A stretch of 64,000 bases of DNA from Welwitschia mirabilis. Lineage: Eukaryota. This document shows positions 14,701 through 29,509 of this stretch, piece after piece. The translations under genes were made by a program, and so were the position numbers. How positions within the stretch are numbered: the stretch's first letter is position 1; each line of letters starts with the position of its first letter. The stretch is from positions 2,585,206-2,649,205 of the forward strand of contig JBOZIK010000001.1 of the NCBI GenBank assembly GCA_051453625.1, given 5' to 3'. Under the pieces are notes generated by a model. It had not been told where the DNA came from. It was given only the letters and a program-made list of their open reading frames with translations, and did not search any database.

Positions 14701-15600
14701 TTATTAAACATTCTACCTCTTTGGAATGATCCTATTCCTCTTTGATTATTAAATATTCCACCTCTTTAAAATGATCCTCTTCCTCTTTGAAAGCTTCTAA
14801 CGTTTCATTGCCTTTCTTGATTTTAAGAAAAACTAGAGGTATGAGTATTCCATCCTTAGATTTAATGATTTTGTATTTTTTTCCTTATATTAAAGATACC
14901 ACATCTTCTTCTTACCTTTTAGGCATTTCTAATGTAGGTTTGATCAAGTGGAGATCCTTTATTTTTTAAATGTTCTAATGTTTTTGTATGAGCAACCAAT
15001 GCATTAAGGTATTGAGACATTTTATTTAAAGTAAAGTAATCATTACATTTTTATATCTAACATCATTGTAGAAAACTTGAAAAATCCTATCTATATTTTG
15101 CCTTTTAATCAATTAATAATTACAATCATTAATATTTATAATTTCTTGATACATCTTTTGAAAGAAGAATTTAATGGACTCACCTTTTGGGATGTGAAGA
15201 TTTTCAAAGTCTAATTGGTACTTTAAATGTTTGATTTTCATGTTTTCTAATATGCTATAAATTCATTTTTGAGATGATCCTTATAGTCCTTTGCATTTCT
15301 TCTTCCAATGATTCTAGCTCTAATGGTTTTGATTACTTATGTGAATATGTTGATCTTGGCTTATGCATCATGTTTCTCCTATAACTTATGTCTTTATTTT
15401 TGTTCTTTACTCAACACATTGAGATCTTGAGGTTCAAATAAATCCTACTAAACAACATCATAACATTCATTCAATTCAAGAAATGTCTTTCTTAACTAAC
15501 ACTAGTATGTGATATCTAGACTTTTATTAAAGACGATTGAATATTTTTGAATATCCTTTGACATCTTGAAATGAAGATGAAAGTGATCTTTGTACTCTAA
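11750..15600 (-). mobile_element. Decayed Ty1/copia internal region (gag-PR-INT-RT, truncated in RNaseH)
   Basis: Protease DSRCSNHVT (14181-14399). GAG-pre-integrase/INT: ICKTCMK...PLEFMHMDL (13728-13991). RT: LKKALYGIK (~12460) and YRFIKGSLRYLCYTRANI (11850-12071). An RGG-rich gag repeat lies at ~14690-14785. Confidence 0.88.
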
Positions 15601-17570
15601 GAAGTTTAAGGTTGAAGGGAAAAAAATGAAACACTTCATCTCTTTAATCCTTTTTTCTTGTGCTTTAATTCCATTACATTAGTAAAGTTTGATGACCTTT
15701 AATTCTATTTTAGTCACATAGTAGATGTCTTTAATGTTTTAAGATGTCTTATAGTTAGTAGACATCTTTATGCTAAAGACATATTTACTAAGAGTTGTGG
15801 AACTGATAGAAGATGTTTTTGATTTTTTGAAGACATCTTTGTAGTCACTAGATGTCTCTGATTAGATGATGCCTTTTCCAAAATTGAAATCTACAATTGA
15901 TCAAAGACATATATAAATTTAAATAGCTATATGTTGTAAGTGTCTAAAATAAAGGTATTCAAATGGTATGGAAAATGATTTATAATGTTAAAATCCTTTG
16001 GCTAAGATGCCTATCTATGCATCTAAAATGTTAGAAACTCTTAAGATATGGTTTTAAACTAAAAAATTTAGCCTTCTTTGTGATCTTTTTTCAAATAAAA
16101 AAAATATTTCTCTCTATGTTAGAATAATATCTTTAAATGCTTAAATGCAACTTTAAAGCTTCAATGATTATAAATCTTTGATTAAGTTTCATAAATTTGA
16201 CTTAAATTATTTATCATTTATTTAAGGATTCTTTCATTTTAATACAACCATATGATATTTAAACTTTTTAATCTAGTATTCCTTTAATTTTAAAACATTT
16301 AATTATGTAATGTAAAATGAATCATAACGGGCATAAAATAGTACACATACTAAAGCATGTATCAAAGCTAAAGCTAAAATTGAGCATGCATCAATACTTT
16401 AAAAATAAATGAATCATAAAAAAATAACTCTTTAAATTGAAAGAATTTCATCTTTTTCAAGATGTTTCAAACTATTTCAATCTTACTAAACATGAATTTA
16501 TTACATATTTTTATAATTTGAGTAATTGGTATATAAATCCACTATAGCAATATGGAATAAATCTCATTAAATTTATCCCTTTTGTAAACAAATACAAAAG
16601 CTTTCCTTGTATCTTATTTTTATAAAACATAAAAACATAATTTCATTTATCTAATTAACATAGCTTAAGAAAAATAATAAATATAAAGTAATGGTAATTA
16701 CATAAAACCACAAATTATGTCACTAAGAAGAAAGAAGAAGAAACATAGCTAATGTAGGTAACATCAACAATGAAAATCCATAACACAAGAAATAAACAAA
16801 GCTTTTGTATTTCATTTTTATCAAGCGATTATATCATGATATTTATAGTTTTCTTGTCAAAGAAGGTAAAATACCTATTTTTTTTGTTGATTTATATAAT
16901 GGTAATGAGACGGGATTTTAGGCTTTAAGCAAAACTCTCATATTATGATTTTATGATAAGTTGAATAACATTCTTAGCTAAGTATGATATGCAAGAGTTG
17001 ATTAATGTAGAAGATAGGATGACATGTAATACACCTTTTCTTCACCAAATGATAAGTAAGAAAACATAGTTTCAATATCGATCTATAGATAAAATTACAC
17101 ATAGATCCTTCAAATTAATAAAGGTAAATCAAGAAGTAACACTTAAAATACTACTACCTCAACTACAGTAGATCCAAACTATGCTTCTTTATCTTCCTAA
17201 AAGTTTGCTATTAAAATGACTAGTTGGAAAGCCATTTTTTAATCTCAACATTTGGTAGTAGGCCTACATTAACAATTCATCTACATTCAAACAAAGCACA
17301 CAATCAAGAAATCGATATACATGTAAAGAAAACATGCACCTAAGCTTACAACCAAAAAAAATGTAGAAAATACAAGAGAATCCTATAAAAAATAGAAATA
17401 TTCTTTTATAAAAATGAAGATATAAGTGAAAACTCTAAAAAATAACACAACAAACTATTAGAAGATAGTAAATNNNNNNNNNNTTAGATCTAAGAAAAAA
17501 AGGTAAAACAAGCATGTAAAATGCACACAAGGGTATGCAGGCTCTCAAAATCTCAAGAACCCAAACTTAA

Positions 17571-17582
17571 GCTCTAATACCA
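17571..17582 (-). promoter_or_regulatory. Primer-binding site (tRNA-iMet type) of an LTR element
   Basis: Reverse complement reads TGGTATTAGAGC. It may belong to the copia at 11750-15600, but a gap at 17474 intervenes. Confidence 0.6.
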
Positions 17583-18499
17583 CACATAAAAACACTTATG
17601 TAATAAAAATTCTATATAAGAAAAATAGATATTTTAAAAATAATATCTTATTTTTCCTCTTTCTTTACAATGTTCAGAGCTTGCTTTTACAGGCAAGTAT
17701 ACCTAACTAGGTCTTTTCTAAGATTTTTTTTCCCCAAATATAGTATCATAGTGTGTCTTATTAGTATCTTAGTAGAGAAAATAATCTTTCTTAAAAAGAT
17801 AAATTACATCACTAAAAGATTATATAACCTTTAGCCATCTAAATCCAAAACAATTATAGGTAGAGCTATATGTGTTATATGTACTTCTAATGAGAATGAA
17901 ACTATTGATTATCCCTTTGTTCCAATCTATAAAGAGATAGTGATTGAATAGGTGAATATTAGATAAGTTAAATGATACTTTTTCAGATAAAAATAGCAAT
18001 AAAAACAATCACAGAAGTGATCATTTCCTTTTAAAGATTTTTATAACCTAAATTGGGTAAACCACATTGGCTTCTTATGAAGTATCCCATAGAATAAAAC
18101 ATCCACTTCACAATAATCTAGTCAATCTTAGAGTAGTTTACTAAAGAATATTTTGAAATAATTTATGAATATTTAATCAAATATTAATAAAAATCAAGTT
18201 AAAATCCCTAACCAAATAGCTAAAACTCTCCAACATCTAGAATAAGAAATAAATTAACTTTCTCAGACTACCATTCACATATTGACTACATTAACTAAGA
18301 GATAAAATATTACTCTTCTAATAAAATCTATTCTAAATCTAAAGGGTGTAAATAGAAAAACATATCTAACCACTTATGGAAGAATCTTTTGCATATGACT
18401 TCTTACTTAGAGTGATACTAGAAATTAAGAAAGATAAATAAGATGACTTAGAGATATTTAGATATGAATAAATACAAAAATTCTTATTGTTTAAACTCC

Positions 18500-19100
18500 T
18501 TACATCATTAGGAAGAAAACATCTTGAAAAGGGATATCTAAATAACTTTAATCAATTTTAAATGCCATTAAGAAATTCCTATATTATGCTAAGTTCCTTA
18601 AAGATAGGTAGATAGTAAAGAGGGAAAATAAATTTAAGAGGAGAACATTATTGGCTTAATAGATAAGTGATATAGTTCAAAATAAACATTACTAAAGTTT
18701 AGAAATTATTATTCCCCAAAAATTTCATGTTTTATAGAAAATAAGAAGATAGGTAAAGCCTTGTTAGAATTAGAAGATACTGTGAACCTCTTGCTAATTT
18801 ATTATGTAAAGAATTTAGACTAGAAGGATTAAAGAAAATAATAGTGGTTCTAAAATTTTTTGATCAATAAACTAAGATACTAGAGGAATAATAAAATATG
18901 AATTAATGTAGGTAGACAAGTTTTCTATTTAGTAAAATTTATAATTTTAGAGATGGAAGAAAACCTCAAAGGATTTCTTGTTATCTTAGGAAGCCCATTT
19001 CTAGCCACCTCTAATTTTGTAATAAACTATAGAAATGGAATCATAAAGATGTTAATTATAAATATGGATAAAAAGCTATAAGTTTTTGATGCACCAAAAA
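18500..19100 (+). pseudogene. Athila-like Ty3/gypsy gag-protease relic
   Basis: NAI....YAKFLKD (~18560-18605), KALLELEDTVNLL (ALLDLGASVN-like, ~18755), RGII..., VILGSPFLATSN (~18980). Confidence 0.82.
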
Positions 19101-20909
19101 AGAATTCCATGGATGAATCAAAATATGTAAACTTAATTAAAACCAATTATAAATCTCAAAAAGTCCTAGAATTTACCCTTAAAAGAAATCCTATCTGTGA
19201 GATGTTTTTATTGGATCAAGAACACTAAAGAAGGGGGTGAATAGGATTCTAAAAAATTAATAACTAATATTCAAAATAAAAATACTTTGCTTAAGAAAAA
19301 AAATCACTAAAAAAATTGTGCATGAAAACTGAAAGTATTCTAAAAAATGAAAATAATAGAAAGCACAGAAATACTAATCAGAAGCACACAATATTTATAG
19401 TGGTTTAGGAAACCCCCACCCCAATCTTGATAATCAACTTCTCACCAAGCCTGATTTGGATTTCTATTAATATTTTCTAGGCATTGTAGGTTCACTTGTA
19501 GCCTTTACAAATAGATTTTTTTTGAAGGCTCAGCCTCAATCATTTGCAAGAAAGCATAGCAGTGATGATAGTATGCCTAAGTTCATAGGTATCACTTGCT
19601 CTTTGGCTCAATAAAAATAATGAAGCACTTTTCTTAAAGATGATACAATCTAGAAATAAAGTAATGCTATAGATATAACCTCATATGTAAAGATACCATA
19701 GTTGTTGGTTCATCTTTGGTCAAGAATCAATGCCAAATGAGTACAATGATTAAACTACAAGATTCAAAAGTTTGGAAAAAGATGTAATAGTGATTTGACT
19801 CTTGGCTATATATAGTAGAAGAATTTTAGGATTTTTACAAGTAAAAATTCTCTTCCAATGGCCATAAAATGGCTACATAATAGCTACAAAATTTGCATTT
19901 CCATTACACCTGGTTGATCCCTCAAACATTCAGTCAATCCCTTCTAGTACTGTTACTTAAATAGGTCACCCTTATGAACTTTTTGGTTAACCCCTTGATA
20001 ATCAGTTCAGAAGTATCAAGTGCACAGTGCTTAGGTCTAATCGATCCCTCATATGTTTTGTCAACTCTTTGATGATCAGTTTAGGAGTACTGGTTCTCAA
20101 GTTCATAGGTTCAGTCAATCCCTCAAATGCCTAGTCAACCTCTCTGAATTTAGTTCAGTTCTAAGTGTTTACTCTAGATGCGATTAACTCCTTAGAATTT
20201 TGGTCAATCATTTAAGAGGATAACAAAACTTAATAGGTTTTAGGATCAAAATGTGACAAACATTATTTCAACTTCTGACCTACAACTGATCAATATTTTT
20301 TGCAAAATGTGACAAACATTATTTTAACTTCTGACCTGCAACTGATCAATATTTTTTGCATAAGATACAACAAATTCTTTTACATAAAAAATATTAGTCT
20401 AACATCAATTAGTAAATAATAATTTAAAAATATCCTCCTTTGACATTGATGAAAAAATTTTCTTAGTTGAGGAGATTAAATTTGATAAACTTTCCCTTAT
20501 AAAATTCATATTAACTTTTACAAAAATATTAAACCTTTTATATCAAGTTAGACATTCCGATAAGACCTCAAATTTTACCAAAATTTAAAGATAATTTTAA
20601 GTGCCAAAATATATATAATAAATAATACTTTGATTATGAATTATTAAATAACCATATGATATACCAAAAATTTTAGTTGATATTAAAAATAGATGTGCAC
20701 TAAACAATTTGAAGCAGAAATTATAGAGCATAAAAATAAGTTCATTTTTATTACTGAAAGATGAATATTATAATAAAAAGTATTCATCAAGATCAGAGAT
20801 ATCTAAAAGAATCATAAACAACTAACTAATTCTCTCTCTTTTGACATCAATAATAAAGAAGAGAAGACACACAAGCATGAAAGAAAAACACAATCATAGA
20901 AAGAGATCT

Positions 20910-21990
20910 AATCAGGTTCCTCTGCTTCCTTCTCTTCAAATTCTTCTTTAGAATCTTCTTAACCTTCCTCTTCCCCTTCTTTAATTGTCTTCTATGATGA
21001 GCTTCTGTCTTCCTCTAAAGTATTAGTAATCTCATACCCAGCTACAATTAGAGCTTTTTTCATGTGTCTGGTATGAGAGTTAATCTATCTCAAGTATGAA
21101 ATAGTCTCTTTTAATAAGGCTTGCTTAGGAGAAGGGAATTTAGAGGACTTCTTAAATCCAAAAAAGATATGAATGCAAGGAAATGTCATATATCCAATGA
21201 CTGACATGGGTTGAAGGGTTTCAAGCTTTAGGTGAAAAGTGACTTAATAATGACTTTACATATTATTAATCAACATAGATTAGGGTAAAGCCTTAGTTAT
21301 GTAATACTCTAACTGAGAAATTATATTATATACTATAATGGCAGGTGCATCAATGGAGTTCCTAGTCCCTACCAACTACATCAAATAGGTCCTATAGTTG
21401 GAGGCCTCATCATGATAACTTACCAAAGGTAAGAAATTATAAGTAAAAACTAAGTAAAGAAACCTTTACTTTGGAATAAGCAAAAAAGTGGAAATAGTGT
21501 GCTTCCAACTATGGAACTTACCATAAAGCTCCCTTATAACCTATTATTTATCTTCCATGAAGTCACAAGTAGGCCAAAACTTCTCATAGTCTCCTCTTGG
21601 AAGATTAGTAATAACCGCAATGAAGTTTCCAATTACTATTATTCTCTTCCCCAAAATGAGTTCTCAAGGGTTTTAGTGTCGACATCATAAGAAGCATTAC
21701 TATAAACCATTTTAGTAATAAAAGGATAAGAAAAACTTGAAACATTAAGAAAATAAGACTAATCTTGATCTCATAAGAATTGAATCACATCTCTAAGTTC
21801 TCTAAGCTCCGAAGTAGCAATAGATCTTTCCTGGTATATAGGCTTCTTCTCAAACTTCTCAGTGAACTTGTCCAAAGCATTCTTACATATTCTCTAGTAT
21901 AAATACGAAGATTCTTTACTAGTAACCTTTTTTGTCCCTCTCCTAGAAGGTCCCTCAACCATTGCAACTACTTGGTAGGAGCTTGAAGAT
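20910..21990 (-). pseudogene. env-like extra ORF of element A (disrupted)
   Basis: Lies between RNaseH and the 3' LTR. Homologous to 31950-32990 (SYPFITKMV.YSN, HYDEAS.YR.YLM, LETLQP, acidic tail). Confidence 0.8.
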
Positions 21991-22309
21991 AAGAAAAATC
22001 TAAGAAAAGCACTAGATCTAAAGGAGACATGTGGCTAGAAAATAATGAAAAGGATTTGGGCTCTACTTTCTTTTAAAGAAATGGTTGAATAGGGATTCTA
22101 ATAAAGAAATCAAGTCCACTAATGGTACTTCTATACTATAATCCTATAGTTCTTATTAACTGGTTTGAGTTTTCATCAACCTATCAAGATGTGGATCTAT
22201 AGTACTTTGAGGGTTCGAGAAACCACATTTTTAGGTCAGTCAACCAACTATCTCCAATCGGTCAAATTATAGATCTAGTTAACCACCCTATAATTAGTTA
22301 CAGAATAGC

Positions 22310-25300
22310 AAGATAACCCCTAGTTCATTTCGAAGACAAAGAAAATTATCAAAATTCAAAGGTTTGGTAAAGATATCTACTAGTTGACAATCTGTACTAA
22401 CAAAATTCATATTAATATTTCCTTTTTCAACTTGATATTTTAAAGAGTAATGTCTTAGTTTAATGTCTTTGGTTCTAGAGTGCTAAATAGGATTTTTATA
22501 AATATTTATAGAACTAGTTTTATTATTAAAAATAGAAAAATTTATGCCAAAATCCTTCAGCATTTTCTTCATCCAAAGGAGAGGAACATAACAAATCCCT
22601 ACTATAATATACTCAGCTTATGCTATTAAAACAAATATTGAATTTTTATTTTTTCTTATTCACTCCACTAAGCATGAATCTAATAGAAAACAACTGCCAT
22701 GTGTTCTTTTTCTATTATTCTTACATCTACTCTAATCCATATCACTAAAATCTGTAATATCAAAGGATGTCTCCATAGGATACCACAAATCATAATCACA
22801 TGTGCCTTTTAGATATCTAATTATTCTTTTTACTGTTTGTAAGTGTGATTTTTTCAGTTGGGTTTGGTACCTTGCATAAACACTAATATTAACATGATAT
22901 TAGATCTACTTGTAGTCAAATATAATAAACTTTCAATCATACTCCTATAAATTTTCTGATCTACTGATTTTTCATTTTCATCCAAACTGACTTTACAAGA
23001 TGTTGATATTAGAGTATCAGTTGTTTTAGCATTCTCCAATCCAAAATATTTAATTAAATATTTTGCATATTTAGATTAATAAATAAATATTTCATTCTTT
23101 ATTTGCTTAATTTGTAAACTAAGAAATCTTTTTACTTCACAAGCATGGTCATTTCAAAATGTGTTATTACAATTGCTACAAATTCCTTTGATAATCTTTC
23201 ATTAGAGGTACCAAATATGATATGATCTACATAAATTTGTATAATGAAAAATATGTTTTTAAATTCTTAACAAATAAAGTCTTATTACCATTAGACAAAT
23301 ATAACCATTATCATTTAAAAAAGTAGCTAACTTTTCATACTAAGCTCTTGGAGCTTACTTCAACCCATACAAAGCTTTATTAAGTTTATAAACATTATTA
23401 AATGTATGAGGACCAATAAAACCTTATGGTTTCTCTACATATGCTTCTTTATTTAAGGTATCATTTAAAAATGCACTCTTTACATTCATTTGATACACTT
23501 TGAAATTTTTAAATGCTACAAATGATAGAAACATTCTAATGCTATCAAGCCTTACAATTAGAGAAAATTTGTCACTTATATCAATGCCTTCTAGTTGGTT
23601 GTAGCCTTGTGCTACTAATCTTGCTTTGTTTTGAATGACATTGTTTTCTTCATTACATTTGTTCTTAAAGATCCACTTTGTCCCAATGATATTTTTGCCT
23701 TTTGGCCTTTCTACAAGATTTCAAACATTATTTCTCTTAAATCATTATAAATCATCTTGCATAGACATCATTCATTCTTCATGGGATTTAGCTTCTTCAA
23801 ATTTCTTAGGTTTTATTTGAGACACATAACAAATGTGGGCATAAAAATTATTCATAGAACTTCTTATTTTTATATTTTAGCTAACTTCTCCAATAATAGA
23901 CCCTAAAGATTGATCTTTTAGCTCTTTTAGTTATGACTTTTTTTATAGGAGCTTCTTCATTTTTATTAGACACTACATTAGTTGTGGGGGGGTTTTGAAG
24001 ATATGTCTTTCTCATCATTTAAACAAATAGGCCTTATGCCAACATCACTAATTTATACATTTATTGATTCTTCTATAGTTAAACTTATCTTTTTAAAAAC
24101 ATGATAAGCTCTACTTTTAATTGAATAACCCAAAAATATAGCTTCATCAACTTTAGATTTAAATTTGCTTAAATGTTCTCTATCTTTTAGCATGTAACAT
24201 TTACTTCCAAAGACTTTAAAATATAAAACATTAGATTGTTTTCCTTTTTATAACTTATATGGAGTTTTATCCATACTAGGTCTAAAATAAACTCTGTTAA
24301 TAATATAACAAGTAGTGCTAATAGCCTCAGCCCAAAATAATTTTGGGATCTCCTTGTTATTTAACATAGTTCTTACCATTTCTCGGAGCACTTTGTTCTT
24401 TTTTCAGTAATACTATTTTGTTGTGGTATTTTAGGAGCTGAAAATTGGTAATCAATTTGATTGCCAAAGTAATACTTCTTAAATAAATGATATTCGAATT
24501 CACATCCATAATCACTTCTTATTTTCTTTATAGTATAACCTTTCTTATTTTGAATTTTTCTACATACCTCAATCCAATACTTGTAAGCTTTAAATTTGTT
24601 TGAAAGAAATGCAACCCATGTATATCTAGAAAAATCATCAACCATAATAAAAAAAATAACATTTATCACCTAAACTTTGAGTTTTAGCAGGGCCTACCAA
24701 GTTCATATGATTAAGCCCTAATGGCATAGTTGTGGAAACTTGGTTTTTACTCTTATGTGAAGTTATTATCTATTTTCCCTTTTGTCATGCATTACATAAA
24801 TCATGTTTTTCAACATGTATTTTAGAAATAACTTTAATAATATCTTTATGAATATTTTTAATTGATCATAATTAACATGACCTAATTGTTTATGCCAAAG
24901 CTCTTCTTGAGAAACATGAGAAAAATAATAAGGGGAAATGATTGATATATGCTATAAAAATTGTCTACTATATTTTCTTTAAGGATAACATTATTTGTTT
25001 TTCCATGCAAAATTTCACATTAAGACCTATTAAAAATGACCTTATGTCCTTTGTCACAAATTTGGCTAATACTCTGTAAATTATGCTTTAAACCATTAAC
25101 TTATAAAGCTTTATTTATTCTAGGTAAGTTACCTCAACTAATTCTTTTAATACCTTTGATTTTTTCTCTACCATTATCACTAAAAGTAACTTCTTCTCTA
25201 TGAAAGCCACTCAACTATTTGAATATAGATTTATCGTCTGTCATATGTTTAATCATCCACTGTCCAAATACCAGCTACTACCATTTAAAACCTTGAAAGC

Positions 25301-26934
25301 TGTGTAAATTAAGAAGCTTTTTAAATCATTAGCTTTTACCCACTTATTCCTTTTAGACTAATGTGGTACACCTCCTTTTGGAATAAATTTAAAAGGAAAG
25401 GAACTAACTAAATTTAAAAATAGCATTAATTTTTAGCATTACAAAATAGTTTTAAATAACCTGACTTATCATAGAAATGACAAATAATATTTTAAATAAA
25501 CTTATTTTGCTAAGTTACCCGATTTTTTTGACTTTGAGGTTTTTAGGGGATGAAGCCAATACTGACTTATCATAAGCCAGTTTGCAAATTCCTAGTATCT
25601 ATTTCAATTTAAATGAACTACTAGAAAATTTATTAATAAAATAAGATAAATCTTTTACCATAAAATGAGATTGAAATTTTTAGATTTAATCTTTTTGTAC
25701 TTCGATTCCATTTCCTCCTTTTCTTTAGTGAGAAATTTTACAATTTGTTCAGATCATTTACTCACTTTGCCAACTTTTCACATTTTAAGTATAGTTCCTA
25801 ACAAGTATTTTTTAGCTTATCTTATTCTTCTTTAATCACATCCAAATAATCAGGTTCTGATGTACGAGGCAAGTTCTATAATGAAGGCACAATTACCATG
25901 AAGAAGAGTCTTCTATTTACATCTAAATCTTAACCTAAACTACTATCATCATCCTCATCCACATTATCCCATGTTGCAATGAATGAAGATGTATTTGATT
26001 TTTTATGTTCTCTCTTATTGTTTGGGAACTTATTTATCATATGTCCAAAGCCTTTGCAAGTATAAAATTGGATATCTTTTCCTTTATCTTGATCTTTCTT
26101 GTACTTTGAGTGTCCTCTTCTTGTACCTCTACTTGGCTTAACTTCTTTCTTCCTTTTGTGCAAGAATTTCTTAAATCTTCTTATTAGGAGAGCAACTTCA
26201 TCATTATCTAGATCTTCATCTGATTTCTTTGACATGTACTCTTCCTACACATACTTTAAACCAATACCTTTCTTTTTATCTTTAGAAAACTTTAATTTGC
26301 ATGTTTGCAAATTATCTTGGAGCTCTTCTAGTTCCATCATGTTGATATTCTTGCTTTCTTCAATTGCTGTGACTTTCAGTTCAAATCTCTTTAAAAACGA
26401 TCTCAGCACTTTTTTGACCACTTTTTCTTTATCCAATTCTTCATCTAAACATTCCATGAAATTGATAATATTGGTAAGTATAGAAAATAACTCTTATAAA
26501 GTCTCCTTATTATCTATATGAATGTCTTCAAATTTGAGATAAGCATTTGGAATTTAACTTGCTTGACTGTGGATGTCCCTTCATATATAACTTTAAGAAT
26601 ATCCCATGCCTCCTTTGCATATTTACAATTTATAATCCATTGAATTTTTCTGTACAAACTACATAAAATATAGCATTAAGAGAATGAGAGTCTACGGTAG
26701 CTTTGGATCTATCAGTGGTAGTCCATTGGTCTTAAGTTTTTAGAACTAAAATGCTATTATCATTAGCATTGATTTTGCTAAGGTAGGCATAGTGTATACT
26801 TTGTAAATAATCTCTTCAATGTTTGAATCTAGAAATCTAATGAAGATTCTCATTTAGGCTTTCTAATAAGTATAATTTGATCCATGAAACATAGGTGGAC
26901 AACCAGTGGAAAAACCATCAATGGGATTACTCAT
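22310..26934 (-). pseudogene. gag-pol of element A (disrupted)
   Basis: Starts MSNPIDGFSTGCPPMFHGSNY. VKKVLRSFLKRFELKVTAIEESK (SIRE gag), CCHC remnants, WYLDSG (~25265), INT VDDFSRYTWVAFL...IRSD.G.EF...PQQN, RT YRSMIESLLYLTTSR, RNaseH QLVDIFTKPL (~22370). Confidence 0.92.
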
Positions 26935-29509
26935 TTTCAGGTTCTAGAGTCTAGATATATTAGGATCTTAACATAAAATCAACGTAGCTTTGATACCAAT
27001 TATAGAATTAAGAATCTTAGAGGAGGGTGAATAGGCTTCTAAAAATTTAATGAATAATCTTCAAAATAAAAATACTTTACCTAAAAAGGAATTACTAAAT
27101 AACTTGTGGATGAAAGCTAGAAGTATTCTAAAAAATAAAAACAATAGAAAGGATATAAATACTAATCAAAAGCATACCATATTTATAGTGGTTTGAGAAA
27201 ATCCCCTAGTCTACTCTTGATAATTAGCTTCTTATCAAGCTTAATCTAAATCTCTATTAATCTCTTCTAGATATTTAAGGTTCACCTATAACCTTTACAA
27301 ATAGGCTTTTTCTAAAGGCTTAGTCTCAACCTTTTATAAGAAACTATAATAGTGATTATAGTATGCCTCAGTGCACAAGTATCACTTGATCTTTAGCTCA
27401 ATAAAAGTAATGAAGCACTTCTCTTGAAGATGATACAATCTATAAGTAAAGGAGTGCTAAGCTCACATGCAAAGATACCATAGTTGTTGGTTTGTTTTTG
27501 ATTAGGAATGTAATGCCAAATGAGTACTATGATCAAACTACAAGATTCAAAAGTCCAGTAAAATGTGTAACAGTGATTTGACTCTTGGCTATATATAGTG
27601 AAAGACTTTTAGGATTTTTACAAGTGAAAATGTTCTTTTGATGACCATAAATTTGTTACATAATAGCTAGAACATTTATGTTTCTGTCACGGCTATTTGA
27701 CCTCTCAAACATCTGGTTGACCCCTCCTGGTGTTGTCACTTAAACAGGTTGCCCTTGTGAACTTTTCAGTCGACCCAGTTTCTTATGGCTTCATATTTAG
27801 TCGACCCCTCAGGGTTTGGTTAACTACTCATCCAAGCACTCGCATATCTATTTGATCATTCATTTGGTCCTAATAAAATTCATCATAGTTTTTTCTGCTT
27901 TAAATCTGGTTGACCCCTTAGGAATGGTCAACTCCTTGTTGATCGGATGTGAAGTATTGATGCTCAATTTTCAAATTCAATCAACCCTTTAAGTGTTTGG
28001 TCAACCCCTTAACAATTGGCTAGGAATTATTAGGTGATGATGTTGGATTATATTTTGTCAATTGATGTTAAACTAATATCTTATGTATAGCAAACTTTGT
28101 GTATTTTATATAGAAGATTTTGAGATTTTTGTAGGTTAAAAGATGGAACTTAAATATGCATCAGAAACTTGCTTAATTATTTCACCCTTTAGAAGGGTCT
28201 ACTAGATCCTAAAGGAGTCGATCACATCTAAAGCTGTCAAAAGAAAATGTGCATCAGAAAATGGAGTGCATCCAAAGGGGTTGACCAGATTTTGATGGAG
28301 TTGATTGGACCTATAACTTAGAAAACCAGAGTCCCTAAATCAAATGGTAAGAATTCAACTGAATTTTCATGGGGTCAACTAGATTTGAAGACCTGACAAA
28401 CAATATTTCTAGACTAAGAAAAAAGGGGTCGATTGGACCTAGGATGGGGTTAACCAGACTGGAGTTGACCAAATCCAAATGAGGTTGACTAAACATGGAG
28501 ATGTAAAAACCTAAGGCAAATGAATCTTTCTTTCAGATGACATGTATAATTCACGGCACCACATGGAGTCGATCGGATTTTTATAAGATCGACCAGATAG
28601 CACAGAAAAGAAATTTTTGTAAATGTTATGTATCTATTATCTAGCCATTAGGTAGTCATTTTCTAGCTATTTATAGCCATTGGAAGTGCAATTCAAATGT
28701 ACTAAACCCTAATATCCTTCCATTATAAATAGCTAAATCATAGATGACCAATCAATCTTTTGAAACTACTCTCATTGAACTAAATCATTTTGGATCTAAA
28801 AGATTAAAGTTATGTATTGGCATTATTACCATTATTGTATCTTGACTTCTACATCTTTAACTAAAGGAGATCTATCACTGGCATACTTGTTTCATTGAAA
28901 ATTAGATTCAGTGCTTCATTTGGTATATTTATACAGGAGGAGAGATCCATCTATTGTACTAAATATAGAAAGAGTGATATATGTGCTTTTGAAGCATCAC
29001 TACATCACTATTCTATTTGCTAAAGGTTGAGACTAAGCCTTGAAATTTTATGCTATAGGTTAAGACTAAGCCTTCAAAAGTTTATTATAAAGGTTTAGAT
29101 TTACCCTGGAAAAGTTCATTTGTAAAGATTATAGGTAAACCCAGAATACCTGGTGGAGTAACAGAGATCTGAGATCTATCTTGGGAGAAGCTAATCATCG
29201 AGAGTGGAGTAGGGGAGTTTTTCAAACCACTATAAATCTAGATTGCATCTAATTAGTAGTTTGTGCCTTTAGTTTTTTATTCTTTACTTTTAAGATTTTA
29301 TCATATTATGCATATCTTAGAATAATTTATTTTTATATGCAAGTTTTTTATCAAATATATTTATTTTAGATTAATTATTGAGTTTTTAAAAGTACCTATT
29401 CATCCCTCTCCCCCTTTCCCCCCAAGGGTTCTTGATCCTATCATTTGGTATTAGAGCTAAGTTGAGTCAACATTAGATTTTAATCAATATTTATCTTAAA
29501 ACCCTAAAA

